Source: Microthyrium microscopicum
Taxonomy: Eukaryota
DNA: 64,000 bases
Direction: 5' to 3'
Assembly (NCBI GenBank): GCA_010405405.1
Contig: MU004240.1
Span: forward strand, 386,316 to 450,315
Positions 37,903 to 50,741 of this stretch are shown here, in pieces. Each line of letters begins with the position of its first letter. Position 1 is the stretch's first letter. Made by a program: the position numbers and the translations under genes. Below the pieces are notes generated by a model. The model saw only the letters and a list, made by a program, of their open reading frames with translations. It was not told where the DNA came from and searched no databases.

Positions 37903-38345
37903 TCATGGCATTCCATTGTCGAAGCGTGGATCCCCCGGACACTGGACTGAGAAAGAGGTAAGGTGATACTTGCTATGGCAGCCAGCATCATCGAGTCGCA
38001 CTGGTGGATGTTCGGCATCTGCCATACAGTTATCGGAGGGATACATGTAGACTGTGAAAAGTCAGAGTCGGTCAAATACAGTACCTGCGCTCAGCAGATG
38101 TTGGTAGCAAACTTACATCGACACTGATCAGCTCTATCCAAGTCATAGAGTTTTATGCTTAGGCCTGTTCCGAAGACGCAGGTTCTACGATCGAAGTATT
38201 TGGTCTTGACACCTGCACTTGGGCTGATGGAACAATCATCGGATTGAAAGAAGCCGACTGTAGCTACGGGAGTAAAGTTTTGGCCTGTCACGGAGCCGAT
38301 GAAGGCCAGGCTGGAGGCGAGAATGGTCAGGAGAGAGATCTTCAT
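37903..38345 (-). CDS. Small secreted cysteine-rich protein, 125 aa, 6 Cys (exons 38345-38117, 38051-37903)
   Basis: Signal peptide MKISLLTILASSLAFIGSVTG. GTAAGT...CTGAC...CAG intron gives ...DQCRFYMYPSDNCMADAEHPPVRLDDAGCHSKYHLTSFSVQCPGDPRFDNGMP*. TATATAAA about 65 bp upstream. Confidence 0.85.
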
Positions 38346-40162
38346 TGTGGAATATGAGTAGGCGAAGAACGGAAATCAATGTTTGGGCCTGGAAGATGTT
38401 TTGTTCAGTTTATATACGCGGATCTGGCTAGATATCACCCAGTGATATTGTACATTGTCACTTTTGGGCGCAGCGTTATTTGTTGCTCTTTGGAGGTATC
38501 ACTTGTCATAGCTGGTGTTTCCTTTCCAATAGAAGTGTCATGTTAAAGAAAAGTTAGGTAGTTATGGCAAAAGGGGTATGGTATCTAGAAGGTTAAGTGA
38601 CCTCTTGCATTCTGTCCAATACCAGTCTTGATTGCCGCCTAATAAGCACTTTTTGCCATTTTATCCCTTGACTTCTGAAGGGCTCTAATTCAAGTTACTT
38701 CTACAAATCATTTATACCGATGAATCCATCAGAGGTAGCTGTTGGATCAAGGCAAACAAGCAATAGCAACGATACTAAAAACAAGTCACGCCATCAATCT
38801 CTCGATGAATAAGAGATTTTGTTGCATAAGGATTTTACACTATCAATCAGCCCAGAACCATAGTCACAGAGCCATTTCTTCCCATGCCACACTGCCACTA
38901 CCATCCACAGCTCTACATAACCATCTCAAAAATAACAAGAAGTCATGTTCTCAAACATACTACAGCCACATAAATCAACACAAGGTAATCCCAACCAACT
39001 CGTACCACAAGCAAGCATAACCCAACCGTCGATCACTCCGCCACAGCCAATACCCAGTGATCAATGACGATGCTCTCTCCATGTGGTTGGAGGAAAATGA
39101 GGGCCGGCAAAGTTGCTGTGGCGTTGGACAGACTTTGACTTTCAATAGTTCACTGGCCCTGGAAACGAGTGAACTGGGGAGTATCAAACGGGAAAGACAT
39201 TCAGTACTATGGGTTCTAGTAAGTCTCTGTGACAGATGGTTGTTAGAAGTGTCGTTAGACGATTCACATTATGTCAGTTACCATTGGAACTCTTGTAACG
39301 CGATCTAGGGACAAGAAGATAGGTAATAATAGAAGAAGGGCGAATCAGATTACCAGCAGCTATGTCACTTCAAAGATGAATAGAGTAAAACCAGCACAAA
39401 CAACAAAAGCTACACGCAAGACGAGAGAGAGAAAAACAAGATGATTTGGGAGATATAATGAGCAATCGAAAACATAAAGCACAGAAGACAAACAAAAAGC
39501 AAGATAGAAGACTACAGCTACTAAGCAGGACTAATTCAACCCTGTTTTCTACAAGAAAAAAAAAGAAGTTTCCATATTTCCCCCATCCTCCCTTAGAGTA
39601 AAGTAAGCTGATAAAAGAACCCACAACACTCAACACCGTGTTTTGAACCGATTACAAAATATAACTTCCAGAGAATGGGTGTGTATATTCTTGGTAAGTC
39701 AAAGCAACCGGCCGAAAAAAACAACTAATAGACGTGTACTGCAGCAACAACAACAACGCAATGGATATCTCGGTTTGCCTCTCCTCCCATATAACAAACA
39801 CGCTCTCCATCATTAATTCACCACAAGCGAGACATCCAACTGTTCTTTCCCGTAGTTGTCGTTGTAGGGTTTGCTGTTGCTCTGTCGTCCCGATTTGAAA
39901 ACCTCATCAGTTCCCGGTTGAAATGGACATTCTCACAGGTGATTAATCTTTGCTGTTCAGAACGAAGAAACTGTATTGGACCACGACCTAGACTCGCAAG
40001 GGATAAAAAGTATACAAACAAAACTTCTGATTATGAAGCTTTTGGGCATTGGATAGGAAAAATTCGAGTCAGGGGAAGTTGAGCAATGCAGAGAGTCGAT
40101 GAAGCAAAGTTGGGATTCAAAGGCAAGCAAACCCAGGGTATGTATGCAAGGATGAGAAGAGC

Positions 40163-41152
40163 TTATAGAACGAGGCACTTGTCCCGCTTGCGCTTAGAAT
40201 GTCCTTTTGCCTTGGTGTTGGTCAAAGCAGCACGCGTGGCATGCTCAAAGACTTCGCGAACACCTTCTCCATTTTTGGCGGAGCACTCAATGTATTTGAC
40301 GGCTCCAATGCGTTTGCGTACATCCTCACCCTAGAAATGATTAGTAATTGTCCGCGCAAGGCTGATTTGGATGCTCAATCAATGGATTGATGACAGCATA
40401 GTGCTGAGGGGTTGGGTCTGATAGGGCTTACCTGTTCGGGGGAAACGGGCTTTTGTGAAGTCTTGTGGAGCTCCTCGATAGTCTTATTGTCGAAACGGAG
40501 ATCCTTCTTGCACCCGACGAGGATGATAGGCAAGCCAGAGCAGAAGTGTAGAACTTCAGAAATCCACTAGAAAATGGAAGAATTAGCCAAGCCATTCTAA
40601 AAGGGGCGTAGCAACGAGCACTAGAGGCGCAAACATACCTTCTCTTGAACATTGTCGAGGGAGTCGGGAGAGTCGATAGCAAAGCAAATCAGGATGACAT
40701 GGGAATCGGGGTAGGATAGAGGGCGAAGACGGTCGTAATCCTCCTGACCGGCGGTATCCCAAAGGGCAAGTTCAACGTGTTTTCCATCAACTTCGACATC
40801 CGCGACATAGTTTTCGAAGACGGTTGGGACATAGACCTAGAGAAAAAGATGTGTAAGCGAGATTCGACGTAGAATTGGGAATTGTTGCGGTTTGTTTGCC
40901 CGGCCGCCAAGGCGACAGGCTCGCGAAGATTTAGTGATAGAGGAATCGAGAGGCTTACTTCTGGGAAAGTACCCTTGGAGAAGACGCTGTAGACGGAAGA
41001 ATGATTAGCAAAGGCAATGCAATGGAAAAGAGCGCAGCCGAGGCCTCATATGGTGTTGTTGGACAAAGGAGGATGGAAACTTACATGAGCAGACAGGTCT
41101 TTCCGCAGGCACCGTCACCGACAATGACGAGCTTACGACGCAACTCGGCCAT
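40163..41152 (-). CDS. rho1: Rho1/RhoA GTPase, 5 exons
   Basis: [56 protein letters not shown], polybasic tail plus CAAX (CLVL). Confidence 0.97.
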
Positions 41153-42679
41153 GATGAACTAGCTGTAGATGATGGAGGAGATAGGTAGAGAAGGACGCTG
41201 AGTAGTGCGGGCGTGTAGGAGTCGGGATGGTGGTGAGAAAGAGGATGTTGTTGACAGGAGGAGGATGGATTGGGAGTTGTGGTGATGGAACAAGAACTGG
41301 AAGAGGAGCGAGCTTTGCTTAGACCTGCACTAAACAGGCCGTCAAAGTGTGCTCATAGAGAGGGAAGGCACACAGACCAGCTCGCCCGCTGCACCTGCCT
41401 TGACTTGCCCAGTTACACCCCTGCCACTATTGATATCAAGACTCTCTTAAAATGCGACAACATCCACAACAATCCTATACTCTTACACTACCGTTCTAGA
41501 TCACAATCTGCCATCAAGCCACGCCAGGAACCATTCAATTTTAGGCGAGCCTCAATTCTTGTGAGCATTGGGCACGTTGCAAAGTGGCTGAGTCCAAGCC
41601 ACGTTGATAGTGGCCCAGGTCACAGGAGGCGAGATTATTGGATTCTTTCTTTCTGTCTCATCTGCCCATTGACTCCTTGATCAAGTCTCTTCGCCTGTCT
41701 GAACCGTTGAGAGACAATTCATGTCTTTCATCTTTTCCTTTGGTGTCGTCTTGGTTCCATCCTGTCGTCGCCTGCTGTTCAGCTTGTCACTATAGCAATG
41801 CAAATATCCCCGATCACTACACCAACCACAACAGATCAGCTTCATCGAAAGCACAATCCCTGCTCGCTGCATATCTATCTGCATCTTTGTACTACCGGCC
41901 TCAATTTTCAGAAGGCTACAAGGCTGACTGCAACTTCCTCCTCCACCGATGGCCATGCCTTTTGGTCTGGATTGCTCCTTCGCCTTCTAAGAACGTGAGC
42001 TTGAAAACATGGGGTGATGATCCTAGTCGATTTATCAGTTCACACGTGTTCTAAAGTGTAAAGCTTATTGTTCTCGCAACGACCACCCTGGACTCCACTG
42101 ACCTGTGGCAGTGCTAGAGGCCGTGGGCTACCAGGCTCCAGCTTAGAGTACAGTTTTGATGTCATTTACAAACAGTGAATCGAGAAGGGGAGTGTGGCAT
42201 TCTATATCAGTTTGAGGGGGTCAGCTTGTAGTCACCGAGAATGGAGGGAGTCAGCTGCATGCCATGTTCAAAGCTGTGTCGACTTATGGCATTATCATAC
42301 TGCACATCCCCAGTCATACTATACCCTCCACAATTGATCGAGCTCTTCCGTAACTTATGCAGCATACAGCTTAACAGATCAATCAGACAACTTCTGATTG
42401 ACAGCGGTGGTAACAATTAAAGCATTTTCATTAAATTATCCTACTTCAGACTGTAGGTCCAATGACTACAAATAACACTAGCTTGCAATTATTTTATATT
42501 CTCTCACCAATTAAAAGCACAACAATTGAAAATGCTAGTATTAGAAAAGGAACTCGGGTGCTGCCTTTGGACAGCGGGTATATGTATAGTTTCGTGAAAA
42601 TCGAGATCTTGCCGAGCACCTCGTGGGCTCGGCGAGTGATAGTTGTAAAGGTGACTGTGAGTGTGATCGGTGAGCAGTG

Positions 42680-44423
42680 TTATAAGGCGAGGAAGAGGAT
42701 ATGCATGCTAAGCACTCCAAGCATCAAACATCCTATGCTCAAAGGCGACAATGCATCACCATCACTGCTCGGTGGCTTGGGCGTCTCCGAGGCACCGATA
42801 ACACCCGCTGTGCCAGAGGCTGGTGCGTGTGTGCTGGTAGTCTTTGGGTGGTTGGGTGACGATGTAGTCGTAGATGATGGCGCAGTAGTTGTAGAAGATC
42901 CTATAGAAACGAGCGATGTTAACGACGCCGTTTGGCTGAGATTTGAAGAAGTGTTTGTAGTGGGTGGTCTAGTACCTTGCGAAGATGGGATGTGCGTCGA
43001 AGACGTCGTTCCCGGGGCTGCCGACTGGCTTGGTGCAGTTGTTTGGGATGTTTCGGAGGAAGATGGGGAAGATGGGGGTGGACTACTGCCTCCTACAGTT
43101 GGTTGGTACATGCTCGTTGTTGTCTGGGATATAGGGGGTGTGGGAGAAGATGGAGTGGATATGGACGAACCTTTAAGAAGCGAGAAGCCGACACGCCCTT
43201 GGTCGCCGTCGAATACGGTGTAGACGTTCTTGAGAAAGACGTCGCCTACGAGCCATTGGTTGCTGTTGAAGGTCTGGCGGCCGGCGATGTTGCTGTTGCA
43301 GTTCCCATTGCTGGTCGCACTGCCAATGTAGTCTTTCGGACTGATGGTGTAGGCTTTGCCGCCGAAGGAGATGGTTAGGGGCGTGGCGGTGTTGCAGGGC
43401 ACTGTGAAGGTTTCGCCGTTCTTTGCGGAGCCGGGAATGGTATCGTGAACTGCTTGTGCATCGGAGGGTGGGAGGAGGAGGAGGCTGGTGCCACTGTCTA
43501 GGAGAGCGGTTGCGCCGTTTTGAATAGCGGCTGTTTTGCCGTTGAAGCTGACCGAATCGATGGTTAGTTCCCAGAAACCTCGATCATTGGTAATGGCAGA
43601 GACGTAGTTCAAATCTCCGCTGTACGCATCGGTGTCTGGGCCGCCAAAGGTGATCTCGCCATTGTTTAGTCCATCTGACGCTCTTGAAAGCCTTATACCA
43701 AAGACCTTTGCGTTTATGATCTTTTGCGAGACCAAGACATCTACAACAGTAGGCGCCTTGACTCCATTTTGGTTGCTTGCCACATTTTGTAATCTGCCAA
43801 CACCAAGTATACCATCCATAGGATATGATTTGAAATCGTCCGAAACGACGCTGGCTAGGCCAAAGGATAGAGGAAATGTCTTGCCAATGAAACTGACATT
43901 GTCGGATACCACGGATCCACTGACACTACCAGTTCCATACTGCACCGAAAATGTACTCTGCGTAACCTGTACAACCGTTAGTCCTCGCACACGGGTAAGC
44001 CACAATGGTAGCACAAACCTGTAGTGAAGACGAATCCCCAGGTCCAAGCTGATTATGGGATGGACAAGCATCTGACTTGCAGTCTGAGCTCATTACCCAG
44101 GTATTGACTGCTGCCGTGTCCAGCAGGAGATAGATGGTCTTTTTGCCGGAGCCGAATTGTACTTCGCACATGTAGGAATAGTCTGCGCCATCTTGATCGA
44201 GTCCAGCACTGTTTGAGGCAGAGGGCTTGTTTGCGGAATTGATCTTGAAGCCACCAGCGCGCTTTGTCTTGACTTTTCGTATCGGGAGTCGTAAAGAACC
44301 AGAGTCTCTCCGCGCATGCTCTTGTCTTCGAGAAGGCTGGTTTGTGGGTTCGCCGAGACGGTAAGGATAGAAAGCGTTGGTAGCCGCGATGTGGCACGCA
44401 AGGGCGAGTATGTAGAGTTTCAT
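42680..44423 (-). CDS. ctsD: Secreted, probably GPI-anchored pepsin-like aspartic protease, CtsD-like (intron 44018-43967)
   Basis: Signal peptide; catalytic LLDTAA and LLDSGTS; YGTGSVSG flap; LVGDVFLKNVYTVFD; Ser/Thr-rich stalk and hydrophobic C-terminus. Confidence 0.85.
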
Positions 44424-46560
44424 GGCGACTCGGCAACGGGGGTCCAGGAATGCTAGATCTGCAGCATGGGAAGCTCGAATATCTGAGAAATGGTGAAGCT
44501 ATTCCGTTGTTGAGAATATTATACTGCTCAATCGAAGTAGAGCACGAGTACAAAGCAATTAAGCAGACCCGTATGCTCTGACAGTTATGTATGAAGCAGC
44601 GATATGCTTCATGTCCAGTCGGAGGCAATGACTGCCCGCGGTAATAGATGTAATAGACGGATGCGGCAAGGAATTGAAGAACTGGAAACAGCAACTTGAA
44701 CAAGATCGTGCGCAATTAAGGAGAAGTCTTATGTATCTCCCCAATGCAGTAGCGAAGCAGAGACAGGAATGGCAAAGAGATACAAGAAGAAATATGGATC
44801 ATACAGGAGTATCACCAGGAGGACATGTCAAAAGTAATGTACAGACAGGCAAGTTTGGTGGTTACTAGCATTAGGTAGGGAGTTAACGAAAGTGGACACT
44901 GAACAGTAACGAGAAGAAGAATACACGAGGCAGGCAATGGTGATGATGATATGGTGATGATAAAGTCTACTTGGCGAACTAATGTCTGGGGAATAGAGGA
45001 TATGGATGATAATTCGTCGGGTGTATCCTAACAATGAAGCTTTGGCCGAGGAAGATATGGCCGTGCGTCGAGGAAAGTTGGTGGTGGTTGGTACAAAGTC
45101 GTTTTCCGGAGAGCACAGGCACAATGGGACCCAATCATCGAAGCATTGGCTTTTAATGCTTTTCCCTAACAGGCAAAGGCTGTCTGTGAACCGCCGTGTT
45201 CACACTCAAAAGATACTCAAAAAGGCTGGGGGCGTGATCCACATGGTGGGACAATTTGATTGTCAAAAGATGCCTCTGGACCTCATGTGAGGCTCTCTGC
45301 CGTTAACTGAAGATATTATGCCCTCTTTTGCTACCGTATCTCTCTCTTCTTTTTTCTATCTGTTCAATTGCTAGTGCAATCTTATCTCTCCATGTCACTG
45401 CTTGTTATTGACTTGATACAACAAGATTGTGATGCGAGCAGCCAACTCTACACATTTATGGCTCTTCATCTACCCGCCACACACGACCCAGCAAGTGCAG
45501 GTCTATATCAAGACAACATACAATACCAAAGCGTTTGTTCAAATAGTTAACGTGCCTACGTGCGCCAAGAGTGTGTACACTGAAAGCAGTGCGGTCTCTC
45601 TGTACCAGGAACAACCAATGCAGCATATATTAACCATCTACATTCCTGGACGGGTAATATAGACCCGTACGTATTGGGACAGGCTTTGATTGGCCTCCCG
45701 TGGCACCAAGTCCCTGCATACTACATAAGATGCTTGGTAGAACTTAGATGTAGGATATAAGACGAAACAAGAGTGGAATGTACCAGGATATAACATAGAA
45801 GGCGGGAAGGAACGGCGTGAACGGGTGCCTGTGCTTCGACAGGTACAGATTGCTTTGTTCCTGAAACTTTGCCTCCATATATCCATTGTTCTTGTCAAGA
45901 GTTGACAAGGCTGCCAATGGCCATAGTAGTAACATCAGATCATATAATATCATACAAACGTACAAAGAGTTACAAACGCCAATTGTAAACCTCCAAGTCA
46001 CCATCCAAGATAAAAACAACGTAGATCATTGCCTTGAACCGCTCAATCAGTCTACTCCTATCAACACCGGGCTTGCGTGGTTCGTAGCTGCCAATGCATC
46101 AAAATGTATAACGTGTTTTAGCGAGTGTCGATTGAATGGCGGTGATAATGCATAATGTACTCAACTCACCAATAACACGAGCCTCAATTGTACTTGTACT
46201 GCATAATATCCGCCAAACCCGCTCACCGTAAACTTACTCCTAGGAGCTCCGTATTACCTTATGTATGCACATTGTACACCTTGCCCATCGATTGCCTAGC
46301 TGTAGCCTGTCTTGCCTGTCTGACAATTTGGTTTTCCGTGACCTCTCCCCGCAACCTCCGATAACTGCGGTCTTTCCCCCTCACGATAATCCGCAATCTA
46401 ACCTCCCATTCCATTATCAACCTTAAAGCTCCCTACTCTCCCCGACATCCATCAATCATTCTCTAAACCACAAACCTCCCAATTGCCTCCCCATTGCCTA
46501 CCTACCCATCAGCTTCATACAACCCTCTCCGTCCAATCTACAAACACCCATACAAAAACA

Positions 46561-47215
46561 ATGGCAACCCGTCCCGCCATCCGCGCCGCAACCTCCCAAC
46601 TACGCAATGTCCGCAATCTCCACATGACCGGCCCAGCAACCTACAGCTCCATCCTCACCGAAACCCGCACCGCAACCCCAGACGCCAACCCCACCGACGC
46701 GACCAAACGGCCCACTGCCTCCAGCGCAGGAGCAAGCAGCAAAGCAGAGCGACACTTCAACACCTCCCGCTCGCTCAAAGCAGTCGGCGATACTTCAACC
46801 ATTGACTTTGCTTACCTTCCCGAGCTCGAACATAGCGGCAGCGAAGGACCAGGCAGTGCGCGCGTGCCGTTGCTGTTGGGGAGTATGTATAGTGGGAATA
46901 CGGCGCGGGCGATGCATGAGGATACGCCGGAGGAGGTACGTGGATTCGTAAACTAAGAGAGGTGGGGTTAAGAGCTAATGTGGGAGGATATAGATTCTTC
47001 GACCGATGATCAACTTGATCAGCCATTCGAGCACGTATATCGGCGCACCGTCAGCAATGAGCGAGGTACATGATAACTCGTCGGTGGATTTCCAGGGACT
47101 GAGGTCAATAGTTGGAGGGAGTGAGGAGGCGGGGAAGGGGCCGGAGGGTGCAGTGAAGCAGTTTTTTAATGATTTGTTGGAGGATATCGTTCCTGGCGGG
47201 AAGAAGAAGAATTAA
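46561..47215 (+). CDS. Conserved hypothetical protein, probably mitochondrial (intron about 46937-46993)
   Basis: Arg/Ala/Ser-rich presequence MATRPAIRAATSQLRNVRNLH; motifs RHFNTSRSLKAVGDTSTIDFAYLP, RVPLL and SAMSEVHDN. Confidence 0.8.
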
Positions 47216-47573
47216 GAGTGGGAAGCACTGGTTTGGGAGCGCAATTGGTGCTGATATGGAGATTCTTGGGTGGAGTGGTTTAGCTTACCGTCTCCAGCGA
47301 GGAGACGATGACACGAGGAGCGTATGCGTATGGGAGTATCAGGAGAACCTATTTCTTTAAGTCTCTAAAAAGAGACAAGTGCTGTTTTATTCCTGGCTGG
47401 CTATGAGCCGTCAACGAAGACCTATGACAAAAAATGCTTGTTGTCTAATGTGTGGTATCTCTGATACCTATTGCGTGTAATCATACAAATCGTGACTCCT
47501 GCTCTTAACGTACGTATGATGCTAATAACCCATCAATAATACTCCAAAGTTTCCAACAATGCTCATGGTAGAA

Positions 47574-50057
47574 TCATGTCCGCCCAAAGCCCATAATCCC
47601 CTCAACATACCGCCTCGCATCAAAGCCTATGCCCAAATCCTCCAACTTGCTGCCTTCACTACCAACACCTCTCAAGCTCCATCCACTGACACTTCTATTC
47701 TTGCCCTTCTCAGCCTCCTTAGCGCGTCTGAATAACACAATCTCCCGCCCTCGCCGCCGAGCTGGGACACCCATGCCGGAACTGGTCCGGGCGCGCCACT
47801 CATCAACTTCGTCCTCAGACTCCTCGTCTGTCGGTTTGTCATTGATGACTACTCGAGCCCAGCCTACCCACCAGCCTCGCGCTGTCTTGACTCGCCGCTC
47901 GACTTCCTCGGTGCGGACGGTAGCCAACACCTCGAGGGCAGCGGAGTGTAGATTAAGTGCATCGGCGCGGGACAGCGTTCCATCGCTGATGCCGGGCACG
48001 TTTGCGCATGTGGCAAGGGTTGCGGCGTCATGTACGACTTCCCATGCGCCATCTTCGCCCGATAGGCTGGATGATGAAGCCGGTGCATCGCTGATTCCTA
48101 AAGCGGCGGCTCGACGCTGGAAGGCAATGGAAGGACCAGTGCGGCGAGCGAGGAGTGGTTGCAAGGGAGCCAGGAAGGCATGCAGATCTCGGTAGAAGGT
48201 AGGCATCATGAGCGTTGCGGTACTGTCATCAAAGAGCAGGGCATAGATGAAAGGTCGATGAGCGTAAACCAGGACGCGGACGCGGGAAGTAATTTTTACT
48301 TGTTTGATTGTCGTCGCCGAATCCATGCCAGTAGAAACACTTTGAGATCTAGATTTACTACTCCTAGATTGGTCGCTGGCGGTGGAGGGTGAAATATCAA
48401 TCCTCAGGTTGGGGCTTTCAGTGCGGGGTGCTGCCAGTGAGATGCTTCTTGGATGAGCGGGCGTGGTGTTGCTTTTGTAGTAGCCGGCAGAGTTGGTTCC
48501 CTCTTTTGTGGTGTCATACATGACAACGTTGAGGGAGCGGATCATGATGCGATGGTTCCATTCGGGCGGCTCAGAATCAGCGGTATTACTCACCGTCTCC
48601 TCGTCCGCATCACCTTGAAGACCGATAAGAAAGTGACCTCCGTTCTCGCGGGCAATATGCTCCTGTATGCGAGCTGTGATGGCATCAACAGGCTCTTCAG
48701 GTGTGCTGCTACTATGGCCAGTACCCCAAGATGTACCATAGCCCAGAGTAAGGTATTTTTTCCAAGTCTCCTGTTCACGCGAAGGGGATTTGGCTCTATC
48801 ATCACTTTTAGGAACTTCATTCTGCTGTTTTTTCGTATCGGCCTTGACAGTTGCAGCTTCCAGCGATCGCTCTGCGGCGGCAATGATAGGCCTGGGAATA
48901 CCAGGGGGAGGATCGTCATCCTGCTGAGACTCCTCTGGCTTGTCGCGTTTTGAAGATCGATTAGATCTGTCACGTCTCTTTCGTCTCCTGTCAGAACTGG
49001 GACTTTCTTTCACAGCGTAGGCAGCCTCTCCCTGGGCATAGATCAGCTGTATCCAGTTCGATATGTCCCTCATTGAAGAGCGAGATACAGTGCCTAGACC
49101 AGAAAAGACAACACCGTCGGATGCCATTGGCTCTCTGCCGATTCCCATCCAAGGTTCCTCGTCAACATCGCCAGACTTGGTAGATTTATTGACATCTGAT
49201 AGAGCTTTTGGCTTTGGAGCATCCCCGAATCTGGAAACTACCATGTCAATGAGGCCGTCGGTTCTTCGAGCAAAATCCTCCAGCACTTCTCTTTCACCAG
49301 CTCCCCATTCCTCTTCACCAACTCCAACGCCTAGTTCTCCGCCAGCTGCTAGCTGCATGCCACCAAAAACTTCTGCAGCAGGAACTCCATGTAGCATAAC
49401 ATCCCAGGATAGAGCAAAGCGAGTCCAGAATCTCTCCAGGAGAGAACAGAATTTGGCTCGAGGTAAACGTTCGAACAATGCTTTCAAAGAAATTCCATTG
49501 TGGAGTTTGAAAATGTCATGAGCACGCTCTAATTGTTGAATAAGTAGCGACGGTGGACTTATTTCCCTAGCAGAGTATTCAAACTTTTGTGAGCCCGTAG
49601 CATTCTCTGACTTGGTAACTGGCGTTGACGAAGGAATTCGAGTGAGATCGATTGACTGGTCACTTTTAGCTGACAACTTAATAAACAAATGCCATCTAAT
49701 CGCTCAATCACCTACCGCTAAAATCCACCAGCCTCGCTCAAGTTCGTGAGTCACAATCCGAGACTTTTCAGTCTCGATTTGATCGAGTGTTCCTCCTCTA
49801 GAGAAGTCATTCGCAAAATGAATCATTCCTTGAGCAAGACCAATTTGCCTCATCTTCTCATTGGCTTCCTCCTTGAGAATTTTGTCATCCTCATTATCTG
49901 TAGTCCTGCGTCTCTTGTGGGCAACTCGAGAGTGATAGAAGACGATTTGCTCTTTGAAGGCCTCCTCGGTTCTCCCAAGCTCTGGACTATAGATGGCCAG
50001 GAAAGACAGCCTTGCAGGCATGACTTTTAGATCCGCGTCAACTTGTGCCAGTGACAT
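47574..50057 (-). CDS. CCZ1: Vacuolar fusion protein Ccz1 (Mon1-Ccz1 GEF subunit), one intron near 49712-49657
   Basis: PARLSFLAIYSP, EQIVFY, RQIGLAQGMIHFA..FS, ETEKSRIVTHELERGWWILA|SIDLTR, YSAREISPP, ERRVKTARGWW, GIGFDARRYVEG. Confidence 0.88.
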
Positions 50058-50741
50058 CCTTGCTGGTGGATACTCGAATTGAAGGTCCGAAAATGGGGGC
50101 AGTCATACGGTGCCAATGCTAAACGCAAGTGATCGAGGATGAAGCACGAGGATGAAAGGTTCGTCTGGATTCCTTCTGAGCCGCAGTAAGCTAGAACTCA
50201 AGTGTCAGGGAGCTTTCGTCCTCTGATGGCACAATTAGGACGAGGCTCTGCAAAGCAATGGAGCTTATGCCTCACATTGACATCATGGATTCAGAAGCCC
50301 CAGCCCAACGCTGAACTCAACAATGCGATTCGCAAGGAAGCCGTACGTCCCGGCTCTTTCTTCTTGTACAGATGTAAAGGAACGACCCGGTAGATTGAGG
50401 CAGAGGGCAGGTGAGAGGGACTTCGGGTGGGTTGAATGGGAAAGAAACGCCACTTTGTTGACACAGAATTGAAAGTCAAGCTTGGTTTGAATATCGAGAT
50501 GATCCCTGCAAGTCCTTAGTCTCGACTGGGCTTAGGCCGTCGGAAAGCGTCGTAGCCCTTGGGGACTCGCATCCGATCTGGTCCTCATCAACAATTCAAC
50601 ATCAACATCTTGATCAATCTCTGATCATTCAGCTACCTTAGTAGTACCATCCGTTCGCAAACAATCTCCTGCATCCAAACCACTCCATCTACGGTCTAGA
50701 CCTCTCTTTATCTCTATTTTGATAACTGGAAATATCAGTTC

